Below, in pieces: positions 9,628-21,840 of a stretch of 64,000 nt of DNA. This DNA comes from an uncultured Spirochaetota bacterium. Lineage in GTDB: Bacteria > Spirochaetota > Brevinematia > Brevinematales > JAOACQ01. The position numbers were made by a program, and so were the translations under genes. Position 1 is the stretch's first letter; each line of letters starts with the position of its first letter. The notes below the pieces were generated by a model. That model did not search any database, had not been told where the DNA came from, and saw only the letters and a list, made by a program, of their open reading frames with translations. The DNA is taken from the NCBI GenBank assembly GCA_963783575.1, contig CAWAOD010000005.1, positions 1-64,000 of the forward strand, given 5' to 3'.

Positions 9628-9721
9628 AATTTTACCTCCCGAAGAAAGGATAAAGATTCTTCTTTGTTATATCAAGTTTTATTTAATAATCAAGAAATGG
9701 TATCCATAGTATCTCCTTGAT

Positions 9722-10072
9722 TTATTGGGTAACTATATGTTTAATCTGGTTTTTAACCAGAAAAGCATTGATCAGTTCTTTAATGACTTTCTTGTCGTTT
9801 TCCGGTAAGTTTTCCACAGCCTTAAAATCCCTTAAGAGTTCTTCATCACTGAAAGAAACTTTGACGGCGTTGTCGGCATCGTCGTTTAAAAGGTAATCAA
9901 TAGACACCTCAAAGACGGAAGCTAGTTTCTTTAATGTCTCTGTGGAAGGCACTTGTTGATTCCCTTCGTATTTACCGACATGAGAATAATGTACACCGAT
10001 AAGGTTGCCTAATTCAGTCTGACTTAGACTTTTCTTTTTTCTAAATTCTTTTATTTTTTCGCCTAAAGTCAT
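9722..10072 (-). CDS. XRE-family HTH repressor
   Basis: LGEKIKEFRKKKSLSQTELG...YE...PS...LASVFEVSIDYLL; divergent from the main operon. Confidence 0.9.
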   Translation of the reverse strand: MTLGEKIKEFRKKKSLSQTELGNLIGVHYSHVGKYEGNQQVPSTETLKKLASVFEVSIDYLLNDDADNAVKVSFSDEELLRDFKAVENLPENDKKVIKELINAFLVKNQIKHIVTQ

Positions 10073-10173
10073 AATAATTTCCTCTTATACTAAAATACGC
10101 TGTTTATATTATAATTATATGAGAAAACAAGATAAAAATCAATTCAAAAAATGCTATTATAGAATAAAAGGAC

Positions 10174-10202
10174 TTGACAAAATAACATGGATATGTTATA
10201 TT
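10174..10202 (+). promoter_or_regulatory. Sigma70-type promoter of the element operon, copy 2
   Basis: TTGACA-17 bp-TATATT; an equivalent promoter sits at the same place in copy 3. Confidence 0.7.
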
Positions 10203-10260
10203 ATGACGTTCGGGTGTTATATTAAAATATTTTTTAGATAAGGAAAAAAGATAACAAAAG

Positions 10261-10397
10261 AAAGCCCCTGTTTCCCAAAGTTTGGCGACCTAAAAGAAAC
10301 AAGGGCTTTTAACTCCGAGGGTTTAACCTCGAATTTATTATACATTATTCATTGAACTAAATCAAGAAGCATTGCTTCAATTCGAGGCGTAACCCTC
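10261..10397 (+). promoter_or_regulatory. Putative structured 5' leader (two stems)
   Basis: Stems aaagccc...gggcttt and gagggtttaacctcgaa/ttcgaggcgtaaccctc; the equivalent in copy 3 co-varies. Confidence 0.5.
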
Positions 10398-10428
10398 CAT
10401 AAAATTTTATTTTTAGGAGGGACCCGTC

Positions 10429-10707
10429 ATGTCAGGTCTTATCAGTACCACAGACCTTTATGAAGTATGTTTTTATCTAATGCAGGGCTTCAAAATCGAA
10501 AAGGTCGAGATCGTAAACCAGAACCACAAGGAAATGGGAAAATTTATTTTATCCGGCGAAGGAATCCAGAAGGCGCAGCTTGTTTATTTCAACGGTGAAG
10601 CCACAGTCAATATTATGGACTTCCGGCGTACTTACAGCCAGTTGACAACGCTTGTAGGGCAGGCAAAAAGGGAACTCAGGGAAATGAAAGCCCCCGGCTC
10701 TATTTAG
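10429..10707 (+). CDS. Small conserved element protein (DUF5659-like, tentative)
   Basis: RBS aggagg; TTDLYEVCFYL motif; homologue at 26300-26575. Confidence 0.65.
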   Translation: MSGLISTTDLYEVCFYLMQGFKIEKVEIVNQNHKEMGKFILSGEGIQKAQLVYFNGEATVNIMDFRRTYSQLTTLVGQAKRELREMKAPGSI

Positions 10708-10717
10708 GGGGCTGGCC

Positions 10718-11479
10718 ATGACAAAAACAATTGTTTTCAGTAACCAAAAAGGCGGAGTTGGCAAAACCACGACCACCAGAGAGTTAGGCATTTACCTTTC
10801 AGAAAAAAACTTTAGAGTCTTATTAATCGACTGCGACCCTCAAGCGAACCTTTCTAAAAGCCTTGTCGATATTCCGGGCTTTGGTTTATATGAAGCGTTG
10901 GCAGGTGGAGAGTATGAACCGGAAGATGTAAAGCTTAATTTGTCCCTATTATCCGGCGGGGTGAAGCTGGCCGGGCTGGAGAAATCTTTAATTGGAGAAG
11001 TTGACGCTTTTACAAGGCTCAAAGATTTATTGGAAGGTGAAATCTTCCAGACTTATGACTTTATTTTAATTGACAGTCCGCCATCCTTGAGTGTGCTAAC
11101 CGGTAACGCTTTAACCGCATCGAACTTTGTTGTTATTCCTATGAACCCTTCGCTTTATTCAATGCAAGGCACTAATGATTTAATGGCCACGGTATCAAAG
11201 ATCAGGAAAAACTTCAATCCGGGTTTGCAGCTCCTCGGGGTGATAATCAACGCTTATGAATCTAATCCGGTAATTACAAGACAGATCCATGGAGAGATCC
11301 GGGAAGCTTTCGGGGAAAAAGTCTTTAATACGTCAATTTCTAGATCTATTCGTATTGAAGAAGCTATCGCCTTGAAATCCGGCGTTATATCTCGTACCCG
11401 TGTCGATGGGCGGCCATCGAAGGCCGCTGAAGAGGTCAAGGCCATCGGTGAGGAAATGCTTTTAAGGCTGGGGGTGTAA
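10718..11479 (+). CDS. parA: ParA/Soj family ATPase
   Basis: NQKGGVGKTTT, LIDCDPQAN, ILIDSPPSL. Confidence 0.9.
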   Translation: MTKTIVFSNQKGGVGKTTTTRELGIYLSEKNFRVLLIDCDPQANLSKSLVDIPGFGLYEALAGGEYEPEDVKLNLSLLSGGVKLAGLEKSLIGEVDAFTRLKDLLEGEIFQTYDFILIDSPPSLSVLTGNALTASNFVVIPMNPSLYSMQGTNDLMATVSKIRKNFNPGLQLLGVIINAYESNPVITRQIHGEIREAFGEKVFNTSISRSIRIEEAIALKSGVISRTRVDGRPSKAAEEVKAIGEEMLLRLGV

Positions 11480-11480
11480 A

Positions 11481-14207
11481 ATGACCGGGATGCCTCCAAA
11501 ACGAGACCCGCTAAGAGGGCAAAAGACCCTGCGGGTCACAGATTTTCTTGAGGAGTTTGAAGTTGACGACATCAAACGGAAAGTCGATATTGTAGAATTG
11601 TTTGAAAGCTTCGGCGTAAAGCTTACAAAGTCCGGTAAAAGCTTCAAAGGTTTCTGTCCATGGCACAAAGACAGCAAAACTCCAAGCCTGTCTATTAGCC
11701 GGGAAAAGGGCTTATTTCACTGTTTCGGCTGTGATGAAGGCGGAACAGTTGTCGATGCCGTGATGAAATTCAAAAGCATTGATTTCAAAGAATCGTTAAA
11801 ATTCTTAAAAGAATGGCCCGGAAGTCCTTTAAAAGAGGTTCCTTTAACTGTCCGGAAGATGGAAGTCAAACCCGAAGAAAAACAAACATCTACAGAGAGC
11901 GGAAACATTCATAATCTTAATGCAGTAAAGAATTATTATCATAAAAGACTTTTCGACCATCCGGAAGCCCTTGAATATCTCAAGAAAAGAGGCTTAACAA
12001 ACACGGAACATTATGAACGCTTTCAGATCGGCTTTGCCGACGGGGGTTTAAACCTTGTCATTGGTGAAAAGCAAAAGCAGGCTTTAACAGATGCCGGAAT
12101 CTTAAACGAGAAAGGGCGGGAACATTTCCTGAACTGCCTTATTTTTCCAATCTTTAACGACAACAATCAAACCATCGGTTTTTATGGCCGTGATACTAAT
12201 GACGGCTCAGACTTCAAACACCGCTATTTAAAAGGGCCACACAGCGGCGTTTTTAATCGTAAAGCTAGTAAAGTGTATGATGAAATCATTTTAACGGAGT
12301 GTATTATTGATTGTCTAAGCCTTATTGAAACCGGCTTTGAGAATGTCCAGCCGATCTATGGAACAAACGGCTTTACAGAAGAACACTTACAAATTTTGAA
12401 AGCCGACAGGGTTAAAACGGTCATTCTGGCGCTGGATAATGACGAAGCCGGGACGCTTGCCAGTGAAAAGCTGAAAGAAAGCCTTATTAATGAGGGTTTC
12501 AAGGTCAAAATTGTTTCTCCTTTCGGCGGTAAAGACTGGAACGACGCCTTAAAGGCTGGCGCATTGAAAAAAGATGACCTTAAAGTCTTAATTGAACAAG
12601 CCGCTATCTTTGAAGCAGAGAAAGATATTGAAAGTGACGCGTCACACGGCCTGAAGGTTACTCAGGAAGGATTCGGCACCATATTTGCATTTGTTGATAT
12701 TACTTACAAGGTTTCGGGAGTTAAAGAAACATTTATTACCAGCCTGCGTGTAAATATCAAAGCCGAGAACGGAGACGACAGATATTTTGACAACCTTGAC
12801 CTGTACTCCGCCCGGTCAAGATCGAATTACAGTTTTCAAGTTTCCCGGATTTTCAGCATTGAACCGAAACGGATCGAAAAGGATTTGATCACAATTCTTG
12901 AATACTTTGAGGACGAACGCGAGCGGCGCAGCCGCCTTGAAAATGAGAAAGAATCGAAGCCGGAATTAACCGAAAAAGAACGGAAAGCCGGGCTTAATTT
13001 CCTGAAAAGTCCCGGTCTGTTTCAGGAGATCGTCAAAGACATGGAAACATTGGGTTATGTCGGAGAAGACTTAAACAAGCAATTGCTATACCTTTGCGCC
13101 AGTTCCCGGATACTTGACGACCCGATAAGCGTGTTGATTCTTTCTGAGTCGGCTTCAGGAAAGTCCATGCTGGTTGAGACGGTGAAGAAATTAATTCCTT
13201 CTGAAGATGTTGTCGCCGTTACCTCTCTTTCAGACCAGGCCTTGAACTACATCAAAGACTTAATGCATAAGTTTTTGATTCTCGGTGAAGCTGTTCATTC
13301 TGATGTCATCGAACACCAGATCAGGGAGATACTTTCAGGTAAAGAACTTTCAAGGCTTGTGACTGTGAAGGATGAGAAAACCGGAAAGATGGAATCAAAG
13401 ATTGTCAGAACCCCGGTGATCGTGGCCAGCGTCATGAGTTCGACGGGTTTCAACATAAATCCCGAAAACACATCAAGATGTTTTGTCATTAATACGGATG
13501 AATCGAGGGAACAGACCCGGAAAATCCATGAGATACAACGGCAGAAATATACATTATCCCGCCATTTTGAAAAAGCTTCAGTAATTCCCGAAATCATTAA
13601 AAAACATCAAGCCGCTCAAAGGTTACTGCGTAAGATGCTTGTCGTCAATACCTTCGGCGGTTTCCTGAACTTTCCAGACAATCTGATGAGAACACGCCGG
13701 GACAATGACCGCTTTCTTGACCTTATCGCCTGCGTTTGTTTTCTCCGGCAGTATCAAAAGCCTGTCAAATGGGAAGGGCTGACGGAATTTATCGAGTGCG
13801 ATATTGACGACTACCGGATAGCTTACAACATAATGATTAACGGCATACTGGCTTCCACAATGCTGGAAATGTCAAAGAGCGCCCTGGAGCTTTATGAGGC
13901 TTTAAGGGATATGGCCGTAAAATTATCAAAGAAAAGCAATCTGAAACCCAATGAAGTGAATTTTACACAAAGGGAAATCCGGGAAAATACCGGCTTTGGC
14001 CAGAGCTGGATAAAGCAAAACTTAAGGGTGCTGGTTGACTTTGAATATATTTCTATCCAGAGAGGCGGGGGAGAAAGGACGAAAGGCTTTTACCGTATAA
14101 GGGAGGATGAAGAAATCAGGAAACTTAACCTTTCAATGATCCCGACGCCGGAAGAAATACAGGAAAAGATAAAAAATACAGATTCTAAAACTGGGCAAAC
14201 TGGGTAA
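11481..14207 (+). CDS. DnaG-like primase (CHC2 zinc finger + TOPRIM) fused to a P-loop ATPase/helicase-like domain and a probable C-terminal winged helix
   Basis: CPWH...CFGC, GFYGR, LTECIID, LALDNDEAG, KDWND; SESASGKS Walker A-like motif; SRCF; C-terminal FTQREIRE. Confidence 0.88.
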   Translation: MTGMPPKRDPLRGQKTLRVTDFLEEFEVDDIKRKVDIVELFESFGVKLTKSGKSFKGFCPWHKDSKTPSLSISREKGLFHCFGCDEGGTVVDAVMKFKSIDFKESLKFLKEWPGSPLKEVPLTVRKMEVKPEEKQTSTESGNIHNLNAVKNYYHKRLFDHPEALEYLKKRGLTNTEHYERFQIGFADGGLNLVIGEKQKQALTDAGILNEKGREHFLNCLIFPIFNDNNQTIGFYGRDTNDGSDFKHRYLKGPHSGVFNRKASKVYDEIILTECIIDCLSLIETGFENVQPIYGTNGFTEEHLQILKADRVKTVILALDNDEAGTLASEKLKESLINEGFKVKIVSPFGGKDWNDALKAGALKKDDLKVLIEQAAIFEAEKDIESDASHGLKVTQEGFGTIFAFVDITYKVSGVKETFITSLRVNIKAENGDDRYFDNLDLYSARSRSNYSFQVSRIFSIEPKRIEKDLITILEYFEDERERRSRLENEKESKPELTEKERKAGLNFLKSPGLFQEIVKDMETLGYVGEDLNKQLLYLCASSRILDDPISVLILSESASGKSMLVETVKKLIPSEDVVAVTSLSDQALNYIKDLMHKFLILGEAVHSDVIEHQIREILSGKELSRLVTVKDEKTGKMESKIVRTPVIVASVMSSTGFNINPENTSRCFVINTDESREQTRKIHEIQRQKYTLSRHFEKASVIPEIIKKHQAAQRLLRKMLVVNTFGGFLNFPDNLMRTRRDNDRFLDLIACVCFLRQYQKPVKWEGLTEFIECDIDDYRIAYNIMINGILASTMLEMSKSALELYEALRDMAVKLSKKSNLKPNEVNFTQREIRENTGFGQSWIKQNLRVLVDFEYISIQRGGGERTKGFYRIREDEEIRKLNLSMIPTPEEIQEKIKNTDSKTGQTG

Positions 14208-14277
14208 AACTGGTCATTGTCCAGTTTATAGCTGTAAAACCAATATTATCAAGCTTTCTTAAAACTGGGCACAGTTT
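14186..14277 (+). repeat. AAACTGG(G) repeats, putative origin/iterons, copy 2
   Basis: Same sequence as 2579-2670. Confidence 0.6.
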
Positions 14278-14321
14278 CCGGGAGGGAAAGGCCGGAAAAA
14301 AGAGACGAAGGAGAAAACAAA

Positions 14322-15581
14322 ATGTCTATAGAAAACTTAATTCAGGACTTTCTATCTTACTACAAAATACGGGGTTTTAAACATCAGGGCTTGATCGTCA
14401 AAAAGAACGCCCTGCTTTTGTTTACGGCTTACCTCCGGGAAAAGCTGAATATTACAGAACCAGAAGGCTTGAGAAGCCTGACGAAAGAAAAGTTTGAAAC
14501 TTTCGCCGATTATCTCAAAACCAAATTTCTTAGTAAAGACACAATCCGTACTTATGGCCAGGTCGCTAAATGTTTTCTAATGCGGAATGATCTTCTGCCG
14601 ACTGGCACGGGCTGGGGCAAGGCGAAGAAGGACTTACTCACCGGCCTGCCGGAGGAAATGATTTCCGTTTACTTTGAATACGTTGAAAAGCGGAAGAATG
14701 AAGGATATCCCGCTTCAACAACCGGCAGGCTAGCGGAACATGCCCGGAACTTTTTGAAGTATCTTGTCTTTGAACGGAATGTTACAAGGTTTATTGACTT
14801 AAGAAAAGACGATGTAAAAGACTATGTTAAATACCTTGCCGATCAAACAGACATTGAAGGAAACCGCCTTTACGCTCCTTCTACCTTGCGGCAGAAAACC
14901 AACCTTGTCAAACCGTTCCTTATTTTTCTATCGAAGAAAGGGCTTTGCGGTGGGTTTTCCGGGCAGATGGGAAGCGTCAGGGCTGAAGACAAGGTTTCAA
15001 GAAATATCCTGAACCGCAAGGAAGTTGTCAAGCTGTTTAACGTGAAGGCCGAAACCCCGCTTGAGTTTATGCTCAAAACAATTCAGGTAGTTTTGTATTC
15101 CTCCGGCGTGCGGATCGGAGAGCTTTTGGCTCTTAAGATTGAGGACATTAATTTTGAGGATCAGGAAGCCGTAATATTTGAGGCAAAGACGAACAATGAA
15201 AGGATTGTCCAGCTTGGCGATGTCGGCACGGCCTACCTGAAGCTTTTTATCGATAATGTCCGGCCTAATATCTGTCGTGGCTTTGTAGAAGGCACTCGTG
15301 CCTTTCCATCGGCTTACGAAGGGAAAAACCCATGCAATGAAACCGTAAACCGGTATTTATCGAAAGCATGTACAAAAGCCGGTATCAAAAAGAAGATTAC
15401 CTGTCATTGCTTCCGGCATTCCTACGGAAGTCATTTACTTGAAAACGGGGCGGGAATCAAACAGGTTTCCGATCTGTTAGGCCATGAAAAGCTGGCCACA
15501 ACGGAAAGATATACAAAGCTTTCACCGGAGCATCTCAGATTGACGCTTCTCAAGTATCATCCGAGGGAGTCATTAAAATGA
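14322..15581 (+). CDS. Tyrosine recombinase A, copy 2
   Basis: Protein matches 2715-3974. Confidence 0.95.
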   Translation: MSIENLIQDFLSYYKIRGFKHQGLIVKKNALLLFTAYLREKLNITEPEGLRSLTKEKFETFADYLKTKFLSKDTIRTYGQVAKCFLMRNDLLPTGTGWGKAKKDLLTGLPEEMISVYFEYVEKRKNEGYPASTTGRLAEHARNFLKYLVFERNVTRFIDLRKDDVKDYVKYLADQTDIEGNRLYAPSTLRQKTNLVKPFLIFLSKKGLCGGFSGQMGSVRAEDKVSRNILNRKEVVKLFNVKAETPLEFMLKTIQVVLYSSGVRIGELLALKIEDINFEDQEAVIFEAKTNNERIVQLGDVGTAYLKLFIDNVRPNICRGFVEGTRAFPSAYEGKNPCNETVNRYLSKACTKAGIKKKITCHCFRHSYGSHLLENGAGIKQVSDLLGHEKLATTERYTKLSPEHLRLTLLKYHPRESLK

Positions 15582-16594
15582 ACGAACTCAAGATTGAAAC
15601 CGTTAAAACAATCGTTTCCGAAATCCTTACCAGCCGGAATTATTCGCCAGCCTCAATTGACAGTATGATCCGTATCCTGAAACGCTTCAATAATTATCTT
15701 GAGAGCTTGAAGAGGATGCATTCCATTGACTACCGGGACGTGAGGGAAAGCGATCTTTACGGATTTATGGAATATCTTGAGAAAGACTCTAAAAGAGGCA
15801 TAAAAAAAGAAACTGTCCAAAACAACGCTTTGGCCATGAAGCGTCTTTTTCAAATACTTGAAAGAGAGGATAAAATACTTCAAAATCCATTCGGCGATGT
15901 TGAGATGAAAGGAAAGCGGCATAACATCCGGGATAAGGTGCTTTCCGAAAAAGAAATGAGGGACTTTATTGACGCTGTACCGGTCGATAATCCACTTGAC
16001 TTCCGGAACCGGACAATATTAGAACTTCTATACGGTACAGGCATAAGAGCAAGGGAACTCTGCAACCTTGAATTAACCGATATATTTCTGGATGAAAAAA
16101 TGATTTTTATCCGAAACGGAAAAGGCAAGAAAGACAGAATCCTTCCGCTTGGAGAAACGCCGGTAAAATACCTTGCGGAATACATTAAAAAGATCAGGCC
16201 GAAATACTCCCGGCTTCCCCGAAAGAAAGACCAGTCAAGGAAGTTGTTTCTGGGTAGTTTCGGGAAGTCTCTTTCAACCGGCGGACTCTCCGGGATTATC
16301 CGAAAGATCAAGGAAGCCCAGGGAATTACAAAACCGGTTTACCCTCATATCATCCGTCATTCTTTCGCTACTCACCTTTTAAATGCCGGGGCGGATATCA
16401 GAGAAGTCCAGCTTCTTTTAGGGCATACAAGCCTTGACTCCACACAGATTTATTTGAACCTTTCGACTGCTTACTTGAAGGAAATTTACAGGAAATACCA
16501 CCCGCTGGAAAACGAATTGTATTTTGATGTGTTATCGAGAGAAAGCCATATTTTTGAATGGAATAAATTTGATAAAAGCGGAGAAAAAAGGTAA
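15578..16594 (+). CDS. Tyrosine recombinase B, copy 2
   Basis: Protein matches 3971-4987. Confidence 0.95.
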   Translation: MNELKIETVKTIVSEILTSRNYSPASIDSMIRILKRFNNYLESLKRMHSIDYRDVRESDLYGFMEYLEKDSKRGIKKETVQNNALAMKRLFQILEREDKILQNPFGDVEMKGKRHNIRDKVLSEKEMRDFIDAVPVDNPLDFRNRTILELLYGTGIRARELCNLELTDIFLDEKMIFIRNGKGKKDRILPLGETPVKYLAEYIKKIRPKYSRLPRKKDQSRKLFLGSFGKSLSTGGLSGIIRKIKEAQGITKPVYPHIIRHSFATHLLNAGADIREVQLLLGHTSLDSTQIYLNLSTAYLKEIYRKYHPLENELYFDVLSRESHIFEWNKFDKSGEKR

Positions 16595-16616
16595 TATCTA
16601 TATGGAGAAAACAATA

Positions 16617-17126
16617 ATGGAAAAAGAAAAAGTTTATCTGGATTCAACGATTCCGAGCTATATTGTTTCGCAGTTAAGCCGTGATTTTATCACGCTTTAC
16701 CGTCAGGAAATGTCTATTATGTGGTGGGAAAAAGAGAGAAAAAGCTATGATTTGTATATCTCTGAAGTTGTGCTGGATGAGATTAAGGCCGGAGACTTGT
16801 TTTATTCTCAAAAACGGCTGGAATTGGTACGCAATTTAAAGGTTCTTGAATACAAGCCGGAGATTAAAGAAACAGCTTGGAAGTATATGGAATATTTTAA
16901 TTTTTCAGAAAAACTTTTTGGCGATATGTATCACATTGCTTATTCAGTCCATTACAAAATGGGCTGTCTGCTGACATGGAATTTTTCACATCTGGCTAAT
17001 GCTCAAATTCGTGTGAGGCTTGAAAAATATAATGAGAAACTAGGCTTTGCAACACCGCAGATCGTCACGCCGGAAGAATTGAGAGAATTTAATCCATGGG
17101 AGGATAGCGAAGATGAAATCTATTGA
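16617..17126 (+). CDS. PIN-domain toxin, copy 2
   Basis: Matches 5010-5519. Confidence 0.8.
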   Translation: MEKEKVYLDSTIPSYIVSQLSRDFITLYRQEMSIMWWEKERKSYDLYISEVVLDEIKAGDLFYSQKRLELVRNLKVLEYKPEIKETAWKYMEYFNFSEKLFGDMYHIAYSVHYKMGCLLTWNFSHLANAQIRVRLEKYNEKLGFATPQIVTPEELREFNPWEDSEDEIY

Positions 17127-17301
17127 TCCGATTGTAGAAGAAATGACGAATGCCGGGAAGAAAATACAGGAAGAATGCGGAAACGATTGGGATAAATTTG
17201 CTGAAAGGATTCAGGAGAATGAAAAGAAACTGAAAGCCGAAGGCTGGAAATTTGTCTCGGAAGTACCGGAACACAAAGAAGAAACGCCGGTTGCCTGTTA
17301 A
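17113..17301 (+). CDS. Small putative antitoxin, copy 2
   Basis: Matches 5506-5694. Confidence 0.6.
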   Translation: MKSIDPIVEEMTNAGKKIQEECGNDWDKFAERIQENEKKLKAEGWKFVSEVPEHKEETPVAC

Positions 17302-17318
17302 TTTAAAGGAGACATGGC

Positions 17319-17573
17319 ATGTTTACATTGGTTAAATCGAAGCCGGTAGCAATGTCGGCGCGAGCTATAGATGTTAAGGTTACGAAAGAGGAATTGACGG
17401 TATTTCTTGAAGACGGCCGCGTGGTTTCCGCGCCGTTGGAATGGTTTCCACGATTAAGGAATGCTTCGGAAATCGAATTGAGCGAATGGGAATTTATCGG
17501 CGGCGGGATCGGAATACATTGGGAATCTATAGATGAAGATATTTCCGTTAAAGGTTTGCTGGAAGCTGAATAG
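17319..17573 (+). CDS. DUF2442-like protein, copy 2
   Basis: Matches 5712-5966. Confidence 0.8.
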   Translation: MFTLVKSKPVAMSARAIDVKVTKEELTVFLEDGRVVSAPLEWFPRLRNASEIELSEWEFIGGGIGIHWESIDEDISVKGLLEAE

Positions 17574-17652
17574 CATAAATTTCTGGTAAGTAAAAGGTTA
17601 TAGGTCGTAAAAGCGGCATGAAAGGCCGTCTTTATTAAGTTTTGCTGCTCTG

Positions 17653-18381
17653 CATGGGTTTAGAGGGAATAGACCCCCCATTTCTCCACAGGAGAATGCA
17701 GGTAGTGCAACTGGCAGTTATTCTGACACTGGCGGATATTATAGTCCAAAGGAAGAAGACGCGGCAGCATCATATAAGGGATTATCCGAAAAAGCATTGT
17801 ATGATAAAGTCTACAATTTGTACAAAGATGAGTTAAAGAATTATAAAGTATTTACAATTGATGGAATAAAATATTATGAGGCCACTGTAGACGGGGTTAA
17901 AGTCAGAATGTCTTCAGCAGATTTTGATTCGCCCAGCAGTGCGGTGTCATGGGTTGGTAACTCCCCAATAAATAAGGCCATTGACGGACTAAAACCGGAG
18001 GCTCTGGTAGTCTTAATTGATGCCGCTCATAAAAACAATATAGACACAGTACAGATTTCGAGTATGTATAGAAATAATCCAACATTATATGGGGAAAACG
18101 ATCCTCATAGTTTGGGTAACGCAATTGATGTATCAAAAATGTGGCAGGGTAATACTGAATATGATTTTAGTCGAAATCTGAGTACTGTTGGAGAAAATAT
18201 TACAGCACCCCAATTCCAAGGAGATATTTTTGATACTCTTCGAAATGATTCCAGAGTTAGACAGATATTTGATCCTTGGGATTTGCAATATAATAGAAAT
18301 TCATATTCACAGAATTTGGGTCAAGGTACTTATAAACAAATTCCACAACAGCATTTTACCCATTTGCATATAGGGATATAA
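17653..18381 (+). CDS. Toxin-tip-like ORF 2: M15/Hedgehog-DD-peptidase-like zinc peptidase; true start uncertain
   Basis: ISSMYR...HSLGNAID...HFTHLHI (SxxR, Hx6D, HxH). The frame is open upstream of TTG 17797 through HGFRGNRPPISPQENA. Confidence 0.65.
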   Translation, partial: HGFRGNRPPISPQENAGSATGSYSDTGGYYSPKEEDAAASYKGLSEKALYDKVYNLYKDELKNYKVFTIDGIKYYEATVDGVKVRMSSADFDSPSSAVSWVGNSPINKAIDGLKPEALVVLIDAAHKNNIDTVQISSMYRNNPTLYGENDPHSLGNAIDVSKMWQGNTEYDFSRNLSTVGENITAPQFQGDIFDTLRNDSRVRQIFDPWDLQYNRNSYSQNLGQGTYKQIPQQHFTHLHIGI

Positions 18382-18383
18382 AT

Positions 18384-18995
18384 ATGGAGGATAATATGCA
18401 TAATTTAATGAAATTCCTAATCGTCTTCAGCATATTTTTATTTAATATTTGTTATTCAGAGATAAAAGAATATGCAGTATCAATTGAAAACAATGTTATA
18501 GTATACATATCTCCAGATACAAATTCATCAAATTTAATTCATATGGAAATCGGACGTCTAATCCAGATAATATCAAATTCGATTCAAAATATTAATAATA
18601 TTAATGAGACTGGAAAGTTGGTTTTTATTGATTCATTATATAGAAATATTGGATCAAGAACAAGTATAAAAGGCTGGGTTCCAAGTTTCAACATTGCTCA
18701 GCAGAAAGATTTTATAAAAGTAACTAATTTTGGGCAATATGTTTTGAAAGGTAATATTGGAGACACAGTTTTAGATTATTCTTTTAATAAAAATGGTACA
18801 TTTAAGAAAAAAATATATGGTGAAAATGAAAAATATTTATTGGGAAATATTTTTCAAAGAGGACATATTATTGAAGCTATGAACAAAGATATTTTTAACA
18901 GCGATTTTTTTTATCTTGATAATGAGAACAATTTATTTACTATTTATCCTGATGATAGTGGTAATCCAATACAAGCAAAACGTCTGGATAAGTGA
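18384..18995 (+). CDS. Secreted protein with SH3-like region, putative immunity protein 2
   Basis: Signal peptide; VIVYISPDTNS...IKGWV; follows toxin ORF 2. True start may be the ATG at 18396. Confidence 0.65.
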   Translation: MEDNMHNLMKFLIVFSIFLFNICYSEIKEYAVSIENNVIVYISPDTNSSNLIHMEIGRLIQIISNSIQNINNINETGKLVFIDSLYRNIGSRTSIKGWVPSFNIAQQKDFIKVTNFGQYVLKGNIGDTVLDYSFNKNGTFKKKIYGENEKYLLGNIFQRGHIIEAMNKDIFNSDFFYLDNENNLFTIYPDDSGNPIQAKRLDK

Positions 18996-19204
18996 TTATT
19001 AATAAAGCCCTGCTGGAGAAGAACTGGCTGGGCTTTTTTAGTTCTGGCGGGGAATCTGCGGCGAAGGCGAAGGTCTGAGGCTGGAGAAAGCAAAATCGTC
19101 TTTCGTCGGGGACGGATGGAAAACTCCGGCGCGCTTCCGGCTGTCAGCACTGCCTGCGTTATCCATCCGTCCCGCTCCTCAAGCCGCCTGTCGAAACCCT
19201 GCGC

Positions 19205-19349
19205 TCATTACATAATTTGCCTTATCGTCAAGCTGGCGGGCGAAATCCTCCGCTCCCTACAGGAAAAGCCGCCGTCCTAACGGCTTTTTCTTCCGGTCGC
19301 TCCGTCAGAAGTGTAACCAGCCAGCCGATAAGGCGAAATTATGTAAAGT
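19205..19349. other. Inverted pair of dif-like sites, opposite orientation to 8731-8890
   Basis: tcattacataa-tttgcc-ttatcgtcaag (19205-19232) and ccagccgataa-ggcgaaa-ttatgtaaagt (19321-19349). Confidence 0.75.
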
Positions 19350-19480
19350 AGCCCCAATTCTAAAAACTTCAATCTTTATCTTTACCGGTTCTTTTATTTG
19401 TAGGTACTGGGTCTAACGCTCAGGGTTTCGACAGGGCTGACGCCGTCATCAAGCTTTGTCGCAGGCCCCAACCCGCCCGT

Positions 19481-21496
<2,016 letters not shown>

Positions 21497-21840
21497 GCGC
21501 CGGCGAAAGTTTAGGAATTCTGCAAAGTGCCGTTCGGCTCCCCGGATTGGAACGATGGAAACGGCAACCAGCCAGGACAATTATACCATTCAGAAATGAT
21601 TTATCAAGGGTAAAGTCGCTGACTCGCTCCCGGATTCTGCGGAATCCGCCCTTGACAAATCATTTCTTCACTGGTTTTGCGGTTAGGCTGGTTGGGTAAA
21701 ATATTGATGGCAAAGCCCCCAGTAATGACCGCCACGAGTGAGGAAGGAAAAAGTCAAGGGCATGCGCCGCAGCGCAGGCGACCGATAGGGAGTTTACCCT
21801 TTACTTTTTCCTGACGAACCGTATAATTCCGTTGCTGGGG

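Noticed and set aside
1350..17697. Copies 1 and 2 as a pure assembly duplication
   Set aside because: They differ by scattered substitutions, have different primase N-termini and different cassettes with a frame-preserving breakpoint. Read-level confirmation is still advisable.
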